NCBI GenBank assembly: GCA_963777275.1 | Contig: CAVZPS010000001.1 | Location: forward strand, 1,256,322-1,320,321 | DNA from: an uncultured Actinomycetota bacterium | GTDB lineage: Bacteria; Actinomycetota; Actinomycetes; Mycobacteriales; Mycobacteriaceae | Direction of reading: 5' to 3' | Length of the DNA stretch: 64,000 nt | Shown here: piece by piece, positions 23,947 through 32,928 of the stretch | Layout of the letters: each line of letters opens with the position of its first letter | Position numbering within the stretch: the stretch's first letter is position 1 | The notes under the pieces: generated by a model | Databases searched by the model: none | Seen by the model: the letters and a program-made list of their open reading frames with translations, nothing else | Told to the model about the DNA's origin: nothing | Made by a program: the position numbers and the translations under genes

Positions 23947-25110
23947 ATGCTGCGCGGAGCGCTACGGCTGGCTGCGGGCACCGCCACACTGGCGGCCGGT
24001 GGCTGGGTGCTGCGCGCCATGCACGGCGCCCCTGCTGCGCTCGGCGCCGATCCGGCGGCGATCCGGGCGGTGGCCGCACGATCGCCGCACTTTCGTGACG
24101 GTGTCTTCCACAACGTCGACCCGGCATCGCAATTCAACTTCGACCGCGAGCAACAGCGGCTGCTCGTCCGCGAGCTTGTGGGAGGCCGCACCGCTACCCG
24201 TCCGCCCGGCCCTGTGCCGCTGGCGACACCGCGGGCCGACGGCGCCGCCAGTGAGCTGGCCGTCACGTGGTTCGGGCACTCCACGACGCTGGTCGAGATC
24301 GACGGCTACCGCGTCCTCACCGACCCGGTGTGGAGTAACCGGTGCTCACCTTCGGATGTCCTCGGGCCGGAGCGCATGCATCCGCCGCCGCTGCCGCTGG
24401 AGGCGCTACCCGCCGTCGACGCGATCGCGATCAGCCACGATCACTACGACCACCTCGACATCGACACCATCCTCGCGCTGGCCCGCAGTCAGTGGGCCCC
24501 ATTCGTGGTACCGCTGGGTGTCGGCGCCCACCTGCGTGCCTGGGGCATCCCTGAGCAGCGGGTCATCGAGCTCGACTGGGGTGAGCGCACGCAGCTCGAG
24601 GAGTTGACCCTGGTCTGCACCCCGGCACGGCACTTCTCGGGGCGCTTCCTCAGCCGCAACAGCACCCTGTGGGCGTCATGGGCGCTGCTGGGGCCGAGCC
24701 ATCGGGCGTACTTCGCCGGTGACACCGGTTACACGACAAGCTTCGGCGAGATCGGCGCAGAGCACGGGCCCTTCGACCTGACTCTGATGCCGGTCGGCGC
24801 CTATAACCCGTCATGGCCGGACATCCACATGAATCCCGAAGAGGCGGTGCAGGGACACCTCGACCTCAGCACCGAAGATTCGGGCCTGTTGGTGCCGATC
24901 CACTGGTGCACGTTCCGGTTGGCGCCGCACCCGTGGTCAGAGCCGATCGAGCGGTTGCTGGTTGCTGCTGACACCGCCCACGTCCGAGTCGTCGTTCCCC
25001 GGCCGGGTGGCCACGTCGATGCGGCAGAACCGGCGCAGGCCGATCCGTGGTGGCGGCTGGACGCCGAAACACAGTTGACGAGTCCGAGCTCCAAGGCGGA
25101 GGAAAACTGA
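23947..25110 (+). CDS. Metallo-beta-lactamase fold hydrolase (Rv0906-like)
   Basis: WFGHST, SHDHYDHLD, PARHFSGR, AGDTGY, PIHW. Confidence 0.9.
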   Translation: MLRGALRLAAGTATLAAGGWVLRAMHGAPAALGADPAAIRAVAARSPHFRDGVFHNVDPASQFNFDREQQRLLVRELVGGRTATRPPGPVPLATPRADGAASELAVTWFGHSTTLVEIDGYRVLTDPVWSNRCSPSDVLGPERMHPPPLPLEALPAVDAIAISHDHYDHLDIDTILALARSQWAPFVVPLGVGAHLRAWGIPEQRVIELDWGERTQLEELTLVCTPARHFSGRFLSRNSTLWASWALLGPSHRAYFAGDTGYTTSFGEIGAEHGPFDLTLMPVGAYNPSWPDIHMNPEEAVQGHLDLSTEDSGLLVPIHWCTFRLAPHPWSEPIERLLVAADTAHVRVVVPRPGGHVDAAEPAQADPWWRLDAETQLTSPSSKAEEN

Positions 25111-25113
25111 GCT

Positions 25114-25551
25114 ATGGCGAAACTGTCCGGATCAATCGACGTTCCGCTGCCGCCGGAACAGGCCTGGGAGCACGCGTCTGATCTGTCGCGCTTCAAGGAG
25201 TGGCTGACGATTCACCGGGTCTGGCGCAGCAAACTACCCGAGCAACTCGACAAGGGCGCCGTCATCGAGTCGATCGTCGAAGTCATGGGCATGCCCAACC
25301 GGATCAAATGGACGATTGTGCACTACAAGCCGCCGGAAGCCATGACGCTCAACGGCAACGGCGTGGGCGGCGTGAAGGTCAAATTGATGGCGAAAATCAA
25401 ACCGATCGAGGACGGCTCGGCGGTGAGCTTCGACGTGCATCTCGGTGGCCCAGCGCTGTTCGGGCCGATTGGCATGGTGGTCGCCAGCACGCTCAAAGCC
25501 GACATCCGCGAGTCGCTGCAACGATTCGTCACGGTGTTCTCACCCGCCTGA
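25114..25551 (+). CDS. SRPBCC protein, Rv0910 toxin family
   Basis: MAKLSGSIDVPLPPEQAWEHASDLSRFKEWLTIH..HLGGPALFGPIG. Confidence 0.85.
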   Translation: MAKLSGSIDVPLPPEQAWEHASDLSRFKEWLTIHRVWRSKLPEQLDKGAVIESIVEVMGMPNRIKWTIVHYKPPEAMTLNGNGVGGVKVKLMAKIKPIEDGSAVSFDVHLGGPALFGPIGMVVASTLKADIRESLQRFVTVFSPA

Positions 25552-25557
25552 GCCTGC

Positions 25558-25998
25558 TCAACTGGCACCCACCCCGAGGTCGGCGTAGTCGAATCCGGGC
25601 ACCACTACGCAGCTGACCAGGCTGGGCTCGTCGTCGCGTGGCCGGGCGCGCTGCCAGTGCCTTGCCGGCACCAGCAGCTGCGGCGCCTCGCCGGCGAGGA
25701 CGTCACTGCCGAGCACAGCGGTGGTGGTGTCGGACCGGTCGGCCCCGACGTCGAGCAGCAACGGGCTGCCGCGATGATGCAGCCACAGTTCGGCGCTGCG
25801 CACGGTGTGCCATGCCGACTGCTGGCCGGGCATCAGCAGGAACAGGATCGCCGTTGCGGCGCTGCGTGGGCCGGTGTAGTCCGGCGGCAGCGCCGACTGG
25901 CTGATGGTGACCTCGCTGACCCAAGTGCGACGGAACCAACCGCCTTCGGGGTTGGGCGCCAAGCCCAGTGAGCGGGCCCAGTCGGGCAGGTCCGGCAT
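25558..25998 (-). CDS. Cupin (DUF985/Cupin_5) protein
   Basis: LAPNPEGGWFRRT, SAWHTVRSAELW, LVSCVVVPGFD. Confidence 0.88.
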   Translation of the reverse strand: MPDLPDWARSLGLAPNPEGGWFRRTWVSEVTISQSALPPDYTGPRSAATAILFLLMPGQQSAWHTVRSAELWLHHRGSPLLLDVGADRSDTTTAVLGSDVLAGEAPQLLVPARHWQRARPRDDEPSLVSCVVVPGFDYADLGVGAS

Positions 25999-26049
25999 CG
26001 CCAGCGTGTGCCCTGCGGCAGTTGCCGCGAAACAAGTAGGGTCGCTGAC

Positions 26050-26484
26050 ATGTCCCGCCTGCGCCCCGGGTGGCTGATTGCGCTGTTCGCCGTGGTCGTC
26101 TCGTTGAGCACCTGGCTGCCGTGGCTGACGACCACGGACCACGGCGGCGGCTGGGCGAGTGCCATCGGCGGCAGCATCGGTAGCGTGCGGCTGCCGCCCA
26201 GGTTCGGCGCCGGCCAGCTGATCGTTCTACTGTCTTCGGCGCTGCTGGTGGCCGGTGCGCTGATCGGCAGGGGCTTGTCGACGCGGCTCGGATCGGTTGC
26301 GGCGATCGTGATTTCGACTCTCATCGGGTTGTTGACGGCGTGGTACTACAACCTCAACGTCCATCCGCCGCTATCGGCCGCGTACGGTCTCTACGTCGGT
26401 GCTGGCGGCACGGTCGCTGCGCTGGGGTGCTCGGTGTGGGCGTTGGCGGCGAGCTTATCCGCCGACCGGGTGCCAGCGGCGTAA
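26050..26484 (+). CDS. Membrane protein (Rv0912-like)
   Basis: LRPGWL..WLPWLTT..GGGWASAIGG; four TMs. Confidence 0.8.
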   Translation: MSRLRPGWLIALFAVVVSLSTWLPWLTTTDHGGGWASAIGGSIGSVRLPPRFGAGQLIVLLSSALLVAGALIGRGLSTRLGSVAAIVISTLIGLLTAWYYNLNVHPPLSAAYGLYVGAGGTVAALGCSVWALAASLSADRVPAA

Positions 26485-27951
26485 CCGCTCGCCGGAGACC
26501 CACGTCGAGTGGGTGCCGCTGGAAATCCGTTCCGGCAGCGCGAGTTTGCACACCGGGCCGTCGGCAAGCCGGGCGGCGTCGAAGATCAGACAGTATGATG
26601 CGTCGGCGCCCATGTCTGTGGTCAGGGTTACCAGATAACCGTCGTCCTCACCCGTTGCGCCGAGTCGCGGCGCCAAAGCTGTCTCGCTTCCGTAGACACC
26701 GTCGCCGAACCGGTAGGTTTCCTCGCTGCCGCAGCGCACGTCGTGTTTGACCAGACCGTCGAACAGGAACCAGCCGGGCTGACCGGTGGCGGCGTAGGAA
26801 TAGCGGTACTCCCGCGCGGCGTATTCGGTGTTGATGGTGCCGAATTCGGTGATGGCGTCGCTGAGTTGTTCCTCTTTGACTGTGCCGGTGACCAGATTGA
26901 GTCGCCATCGGTGCAGTCGGGCCTGCATGCGGTCCAAAGCCAGGAAGCGAAAGGCGCGTTGCCATTTGGTTCCGGTGCCATTGTCGGCCGGCTCCGGGTC
27001 GGACTGGAAGAAGCCGTCCAGCACGATCTCGTCGCCGTCCTCGTAGGCGTTGACGAAGTGCAACACGAATGTCGGCTCCGCTTCGAACCAGCGAATGTCG
27101 CTGCTTTGCCCCCGTCGGGGTAGCACCGCGAAGCGGGACGGCAGATCCGGGTGGAAACGCGCAACGTGTGCGTCGCGTTTCAGTAGCTCGGGGTCCCAGA
27201 ACAGCGGGAAGTCGTTGAGGATCACGTAATTGTCGGTGAACGCCATGTCGTGCGGTAGGCGCGGTCCGGGCAGCGGCACGTCGACATAGTGCGCCAGGTC
27301 ATTGGCTTCGTTGACGACGCCGTAGTGCATGTACGGCTCGTTCTTGCTGTAGTTGAAGAACAGCAGCTCGCCGGTTCTGTTGTCCACCTTGGGATGTGCC
27401 GACACTCCCCAGGCGGATGGGAAAGCGCCGTTCCAGGTCTCCTTGCCCAGAGTGTCGGCGGTGTACGGGTCGACGCGGTACAGATCGCCGCACTGGTAGA
27501 AGCTCGTCAGCGCCACACCGCGGTGCACGACCACGTCGGTGCTCGACGCGTCTTTCAACAAGCCGCGAGCACCCCAACCGTCGGCGCGTTTTGCCAGGGA
27601 CACCGGCTCAGCCAGACCCGGCCACAACGGTCCACCGGCTTCGATCTCGGCAAGAAAACCTTCGGTACGGATGAAACGGTTGCGGTAGCAGGCAGCTCCG
27701 TCACGGAAGCCGACGATGTGCAACATCCCGTCGCCGTCGAACGGGTGGTAGGCCTTCAGGGCCGGATGCAGCGGGTTCTCGGTGTTGCGCAGATAGACGC
27801 CGTCCAGGTCGTCGGGCACTTCGCCTTCGACCACGGACAGGCCGTCGGCGTCCCATTCAGTGGTCTGCGGCCGCCACGGGCCGCTCCGGTAGGGGTGATC
27901 GTCGTCCTCGGGCAACGTCGTCAAGAACTTGCCGACGACCTCGACGTCCAT
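26455..27951 (-). CDS. Carotenoid oxygenase family dioxygenase (Rv0913c-like)
   Basis: HPFDGDGMLH, SAHPK, LPHD, VLHFVN, GTHSTW (four iron-binding His). Confidence 0.92.
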   Translation of the reverse strand: MDVEVVGKFLTTLPEDDDHPYRSGPWRPQTTEWDADGLSVVEGEVPDDLDGVYLRNTENPLHPALKAYHPFDGDGMLHIVGFRDGAACYRNRFIRTEGFLAEIEAGGPLWPGLAEPVSLAKRADGWGARGLLKDASSTDVVVHRGVALTSFYQCGDLYRVDPYTADTLGKETWNGAFPSAWGVSAHPKVDNRTGELLFFNYSKNEPYMHYGVVNEANDLAHYVDVPLPGPRLPHDMAFTDNYVILNDFPLFWDPELLKRDAHVARFHPDLPSRFAVLPRRGQSSDIRWFEAEPTFVLHFVNAYEDGDEIVLDGFFQSDPEPADNGTGTKWQRAFRFLALDRMQARLHRWRLNLVTGTVKEEQLSDAITEFGTINTEYAAREYRYSYAATGQPGWFLFDGLVKHDVRCGSEETYRFGDGVYGSETALAPRLGATGEDDGYLVTLTTDMGADASYCLIFDAARLADGPVCKLALPERISSGTHSTWVSGERLRRWHPVGG

Positions 27952-28146
27952 ACCGATCAGCTTAAAGCGGTCTCGTCGGCTCTCGGGCTGAACCGACGAG
28001 ACCTGAGCGTGCGGGCAGGTCGACCTACTCGCTCGCCTGCCACGCGGCATTGCCGTCGGCGGCAATGAACAAACATGCTTCTTCGGTCTGGTACCAATGT
28101 GCACCTGCACGCACATCTCGCCGACGTTTAGGGAACAATCGAGATT

Positions 28147-28833
28147 ATGGCGGGCGAGATGGATCACGAACTGGCCAAACGGATGGCTGAACTGGCTCGT
28201 TCGTTCGCGGCTCCGCAGAAAGTCAAGGAGGTCCTTGCCGGCGTCACCACCGCGGCTGTCGAACTGATACCCAACGCGGATACCTCCGGCGTGCTGCTGG
28301 TGGCCAAAGGTGGCAAATTCGAGTCGTTGGAGGGGACGTCGCAGCTGATCTACCGATTAGACGAGTTGCAGGAACAGCACGGCAACGGGCCGTGCATCGA
28401 CGCCGCCGTCGATCAAATGATCGTCCGAGTCGACGACTTCCAGACTGACCAGCGCTGGCCCGGATACAACGAAGCCGTTGCCGCGCTCGGGGTGCGGAGC
28501 AGTCTGTCGTTCAAGCTGTACACGGGCAGCCGCACCGCAGGTGCGCTCAACATCTTCAGCACGAAGCCGCACGTTTTCGATCAAGAGGCGGAAGCCATCG
28601 GCTCGGTGCTGGCGGCTCATGCCGCCGCCGCGCTGATGGCCAGCCGTCACGGCGAGCAGCTGCAGTCGGCGCTGACCACCAGAGACGTGATCGGTCAGGC
28701 TAAAGGCATCATCATGGAGCGCTACGACGTCGACGCCATTCGTGCGTTCGAAATGCTGCGGCAGTTGTCGCAAAGCATGAACACCCGACTCGCCGACATC
28801 GCCGAGCGCGTCGTCAACACCCGCGGCGATTAG
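28147..28833 (+). CDS. GAF-ANTAR protein #1
   Basis: GPC..RWP..GALN GAF motifs; ALTTRDVIGQAKGIIMER..AFEML..SQ ANTAR motif. Confidence 0.92.
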   Translation: MAGEMDHELAKRMAELARSFAAPQKVKEVLAGVTTAAVELIPNADTSGVLLVAKGGKFESLEGTSQLIYRLDELQEQHGNGPCIDAAVDQMIVRVDDFQTDQRWPGYNEAVAALGVRSSLSFKLYTGSRTAGALNIFSTKPHVFDQEAEAIGSVLAAHAAAALMASRHGEQLQSALTTRDVIGQAKGIIMERYDVDAIRAFEMLRQLSQSMNTRLADIAERVVNTRGD

Positions 28834-28849
28834 CCAAACGACCACGACA

Positions 28850-29035
28850 GCACCGCCATGCGCCTGGCCAGCCATTTGAAGGGCGGGCGACGACCGAGCC
28901 TCCTGCGGAGCGCCCTTCACTGCGGGCGGTGTCGACCAGGGTCATCCACGTCGAGCCGCACCGTACTGGCGGCAAGAGCTGAATTCGATGGGCTCGTGGT
29001 GAGCGTTGACGCACAATAGGAACGAGTCAACGGTG
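28850..29035 (-). pseudogene. Remnant of glycogen debranching enzyme GlgX C-terminus
   Basis: VTVDSFLLCVNAHHEPIEF / LPPVRCGSTWMTLVDTA resembles the GlgX DDSFLLxFNAHxEPVEF..W...DT tail; frameshifted. Confidence 0.6.
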
Positions 29036-30106
29036 ACAAAACCGGTCCGGCAGCGCCAACTTATGAATGGTCCGCACCGTCTGCAGGTACTGGCCCAGTA
29101 GCGAACCAGTGGTGTAGTGCAGGTCGAACTTCTCGCACAGGGCCCGCACCCGGATGGCGATCTCGGCGTATCGGTTGCTGGGCAAATCGGGGAATAAGTG
29201 GTGCTCGATCTGATAACACAAGTTGCCGCTGGCGAACGCCAACAGCGGACCGGCACGAAAGTTCGCCGTACCCAGCATTTGGCGCAGATACCAATCCGGC
29301 TTGCTTTCCTCCTCGACCACGGCGGCGCTGAACTTTTCTGCGCCGTCAGGGAAGTGGCCGCAGAAAATCACTATGTACGCCCACAGGTTGCGTATCACGT
29401 TGGCGGCTACGTTCGCGCCCAACGTCTGGCGCCACCGCGAACGGCTCAGGGCCGGAAAAATGATGTAATCCTTGAGCATCTGCCGGGCGATCTTCTTGGC
29501 GACCGCACGTGACTGCGTGCTCTTTTCAGCTGTTGTCTTGGCCCGCGCATGCGCGGCATGAATGCCGTGCAGGGCGATGCCCCATTCGAATCCGAACGCC
29601 AAAGCCAGATTGCGCAGCGGCTGCATTAGGTAACGAGGCTGCCACGGCTGATCCCGGGTAACTCGCATCACTCCGAAGCCGAGGTCGTCGTCCATGTCGA
29701 GGACGTTGGTGAACACGTGGTGGCGATAATTATGCGAATACCGCCATTGCGACGATAATCCGGCCATATCCCATTCCCAGGTGTTGGAGTGGATTTCGGG
29801 GTCGTTCATCCAATCCCACTGGCCATGGCCCAGATTGTGGCCGATTTCCATATTCTCGACGCATTTGGCGAAAGCCAACGCCGCGGTCCCGATGATCCGC
29901 CCCGCTTTCGACGGGCTGGCTGCGAGGAGCAGTCGTGAAATGACTTCCAACACGCGTTGGAAAGCGATCGTGCGGCGGATATACGTTGCGTCGCGCGCGC
30001 CGCGGGACTCTTCGATGTCACGGCGGATGGTGTCGAGTTCAGCCCCCAGTGCTTTCACATCGGTGTCGGTCAGATGCGCATACTGCGCGACGTCGGAAAT
30101 AGCCAC
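29027..30106 (-). CDS. Acyl-CoA desaturase (DesA3-like), C-terminally shortened
   Basis: His boxes ENMEIGHNLGH, HNYRHH and QIEHHLFP. Confidence 0.9.
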   Translation of the reverse strand: MAISDVAQYAHLTDTDVKALGAELDTIRRDIEESRGARDATYIRRTIAFQRVLEVISRLLLAASPSKAGRIIGTAALAFAKCVENMEIGHNLGHGQWDWMNDPEIHSNTWEWDMAGLSSQWRYSHNYRHHVFTNVLDMDDDLGFGVMRVTRDQPWQPRYLMQPLRNLALAFGFEWGIALHGIHAAHARAKTTAEKSTQSRAVAKKIARQMLKDYIIFPALSRSRWRQTLGANVAANVIRNLWAYIVIFCGHFPDGAEKFSAAVVEEESKPDWYLRQMLGTANFRAGPLLAFASGNLCYQIEHHLFPDLPSNRYAEIAIRVRALCEKFDLHYTTGSLLGQYLQTVRTIHKLALPDRFCHR

Positions 30107-30943
30107 GAGACGTCCTCAGTTCGAGTTCGGCCGCCGATCATCAGACGGCTAACCGCCAGGTCAAAAGTCGGAGAACAGTTCCACGTTGTCTGGGAACCTA
30201 ACCCTCCGAGCGGAGCCACCTTTCGTGGCCTCGACACAGTAACAGCGCAATCGAGACCTCAGCCCTCCGCGCGGGCTTTCTGTTTTCGAGTACCCGCGGC
30301 GACTGAATGGAAACCGGCCGAGGCCTCGAACCGGATTCCTGGCTGGCCGAGTCCCGCGATGTCGTGGTGCGCGCCGACGACACGATCACCCGCGCCGCGC
30401 CGGACCTGTCGGTGCACTGGTGACGGTTTAAGGGTGAAAGATGTCGAGGCGGCCCAGCGGGTGGTCGTGCTCGCCAGCGTAGGCCCGCACACCAAGGTTG
30501 AGCAGCGCGTATGTGAGCAAGTTCCGGCTCTCGACTTCTATCGTGCGCCTGTGTATCTCGTTATTGCGTTGGCATTTGCGCGTGTCTCAGGGTCTCCCGT
30601 GTTCATAAAGATCTCCTGCTCTTTCGCGAGAGCGGCGTTGACTTTTAGAGATGTACTGCGCGACATCGGTGCTGTCGGATAGCACGAGAACCGCGTAAGC
30701 GTTCGATGTCGCGCGTCGGTCCAGAAGTCGGCATCCAGGCCCCACGGCTGGTGAGAACGTCACGGCATCACACCGCACGGACTTCCCAATCGTGTCCACC
30801 ATGGCGGGGGACACGACGAGGATGGCCCAGCGAATTCTTTGGCGGACTGGCCGAGGCCAGCGAACCTCAGACGATAGGGTGCGACTAGTTTTCGGGCACC
30901 TCGCCAGGGCCGGAAAACATGCCCTGACCTGCGGCGATGATTG

Positions 30944-31016
30944 CGCCCCCGGCAGGATTCGAACCTGCGACACCGGCTTTAGGAGAGCCGTGCTCTATCC
31001 CCTGAGCTACGAGGGC
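30944..31016 (-). tRNA. tRNA-Arg (anticodon CCT)
   Basis: GCCCTCGTAGCTCAGGGGATAGAGCACGGCTCTCCTAAAGCCGGTGTCGCAGGTTCGAATCCTGCCGGGGGCG; 73-nt cloverleaf, CCA not encoded. Confidence 0.97.
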
Positions 31017-31042
31017 CCACCGGGGGAGCTTACCGTGGCAGG

Positions 31043-31876
31043 TCAGCGCAGCTTTGCGATCACCTTTGCGAAGCTGTCGACGTGGTTCTCCTGCACGGTG
31101 AACGACGTCACGCCGTAATTGTCGCGGTGGGTCCGCAATTTGTCTGCGATGGCCTGCGTCGACCCGCTCAGCACTGTGGGCAGTTCCAATAACTCCTGTT
31201 CCGACAGCTCAGGGGTGTACCTGCGTGTCATCGACAAATCCGGTGTTTCACCGCCGGCCGGGGATACCGCTGTGATCGCCAGGTTCAGTTCGAGTCCGGC
31301 GAACCGCTCGCCCGCGGCGTTGCGGATGAACTCGACGCGCTCAGCCAACGGGTCACCGCTGGAGCGGGGGCTGGCGCCGGTCAGCCCGATGATGTCGGCG
31401 TGCCGGGCGGCGATGGTCAGCAGCCGGTCACCGGCACCGGCGATCAGGACCGGCACGCTGGGATGGTGCTCCTTGAGATATGTGGTGACGTGTTCGAGGT
31501 ATTCGACCCGAGCGCGCGCGCCCGGGAACGGCAGTTCGGCGGCCTCGAACTCTTCCCGGACATATCCGGCGCCCAAGCCGGCGTCGAAGCGGCCGTCGCT
31601 GAGCAGATCCAGGCTTGCCACGTCACGGGCCAGCAGCGCCGGCTTGTAGAAGCATGCATTGAGCACATACGTCCCGACCCGCGCGGTCGTCGTCGCCTGG
31701 GCGATCGCGGTCAACGCCGGAAATGGTGCCGGCGCACCGAGGTGGTCGGGTACGTGCAGAACGTCGAATCCCACGTCTTCGAGCCGTCGCGCCTTCTCTT
31801 GCAACGCGACCCGCGATTTGACGGCGCGAATGCCGACTCCGAACCGGAACGCCTTCGCGACCACAGTCACCTCCAC
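31043..31876 (-). CDS. LLM class F420-dependent oxidoreductase
   Basis: FDVLHVPDHL, VGTYVLN, LSDGRFDAGLGAGY. Confidence 0.88.
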   Translation of the reverse strand: MEVTVVAKAFRFGVGIRAVKSRVALQEKARRLEDVGFDVLHVPDHLGAPAPFPALTAIAQATTTARVGTYVLNACFYKPALLARDVASLDLLSDGRFDAGLGAGYVREEFEAAELPFPGARARVEYLEHVTTYLKEHHPSVPVLIAGAGDRLLTIAARHADIIGLTGASPRSSGDPLAERVEFIRNAAGERFAGLELNLAITAVSPAGGETPDLSMTRRYTPELSEQELLELPTVLSGSTQAIADKLRTHRDNYGVTSFTVQENHVDSFAKVIAKLR

Positions 31877-32928
31877 GACCGGGCTGCGGCCACCAGCCCT
31901 CGAATCAGCGCAGACGTCACCGGAGACAACCCGTCCGCACCGGGCATCGGACTGCGCGGACTGATGCCCCGCACCCGCGAAGACAACTCCAGCTGCGCGC
32001 CGCAGTTGCGCACCTGATTGACCGGATTTCTCGGATGCAGGCCGCGCAACTCCCGGGGTATGACGTCGAGATCGGTGACGACCTGATACCCGGGCACGTC
32101 GATGTGCCGGGCCAGCTGGATCGCCAGCTCACGGTTGCGGCCGCCGGCCAGCATCCGGGTGCTTTGTCCCAGCCGGCCGTAGCCGTGCAGCGAGACCACC
32201 ACGTCGACGTGGTCGAGGAATTCAGCCAGCCGCGGCGACTCATCGGCGCTGAAGCACACCGACGGCAGATGGTGCGGGTAGCGGTGCGGATGCCGCACCA
32301 CATAGACCGACGCGCCGGCCGCCTCGGCGGCGCGTTCGGCGATCACGTCGGTCATCTGCTCAAGCCCGCCGCCGTGAATCGCGAGAAACCCGAAGCGCGA
32401 CCGCAGCCGGCTGCTCTCGGTGACACCGGGCTCTGATAGCAACGACGAAAAGGTCTGCGGCGCTCCCGAAGTCGACAATGCCACCGGGCGCGGCCAGCCG
32501 GCGGGGTCCCAGCGGGACAGAAACTCGATCCAGCGTCTGGGCAGCCCGTGCTGCAGGGCGCCGTCGATGATCCGCTCGAGATAACCGGGCCGCGGCGGGC
32601 CGGGCGTGACTCGGTGATCGATGTATACCCAGGCCTTCGCCGGCCCGTCGTCCGTCGAGACCGTCAGCAGGTCGCGCCGGTAGCGCACCGGCACCCCTTC
32701 GGCGCTGTCCAAAGCCGCCAGATCATGATCGGACAGCTGCCACAACACGCCGTGCACCTGCGTTCCGCGCAACGATTCGACGGTGGCCACGCCTCGCTGA
32801 TTGATCAGCCAGTCGTGTTCGCCGAGGACCGCCGGGCGGGGATCGACCGCCTCGGGGCAGCGCCGCGCCATCTGCAGGCTGCACAGATTGGACCCGTAGG
32901 CGAAGTAAGCGTGCCGGCGGACCGGCAT
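31867..32928 (-). CDS. Gamma-glutamylcyclotransferase-like plus poly-gamma-glutamate hydrolase-like fusion (Rv0923c-like)
   Basis: YFAYGSN..LDSAEG N-domain; AIHGGGLE..SLHGY..LRGLHPRNPVN..QLEL C-domain. Confidence 0.8.
   Translation of the reverse strand: MPVRRHAYFAYGSNLCSLQMARRCPEAVDPRPAVLGEHDWLINQRGVATVESLRGTQVHGVLWQLSDHDLAALDSAEGVPVRYRRDLLTVSTDDGPAKAWVYIDHRVTPGPPRPGYLERIIDGALQHGLPRRWIEFLSRWDPAGWPRPVALSTSGAPQTFSSLLSEPGVTESSRLRSRFGFLAIHGGGLEQMTDVIAERAAEAAGASVYVVRHPHRYPHHLPSVCFSADESPRLAEFLDHVDVVVSLHGYGRLGQSTRMLAGGRNRELAIQLARHIDVPGYQVVTDLDVIPRELRGLHPRNPVNQVRNCGAQLELSSRVRGISPRSPMPGADGLSPVTSALIRGLVAAARSWR

Noticed and set aside
30107-30943. Intact prophage or integrase at the tRNA
   Set aside because: No recombinase motifs, phage genes or att duplication seen; the short ORFs here lack recognisable features.
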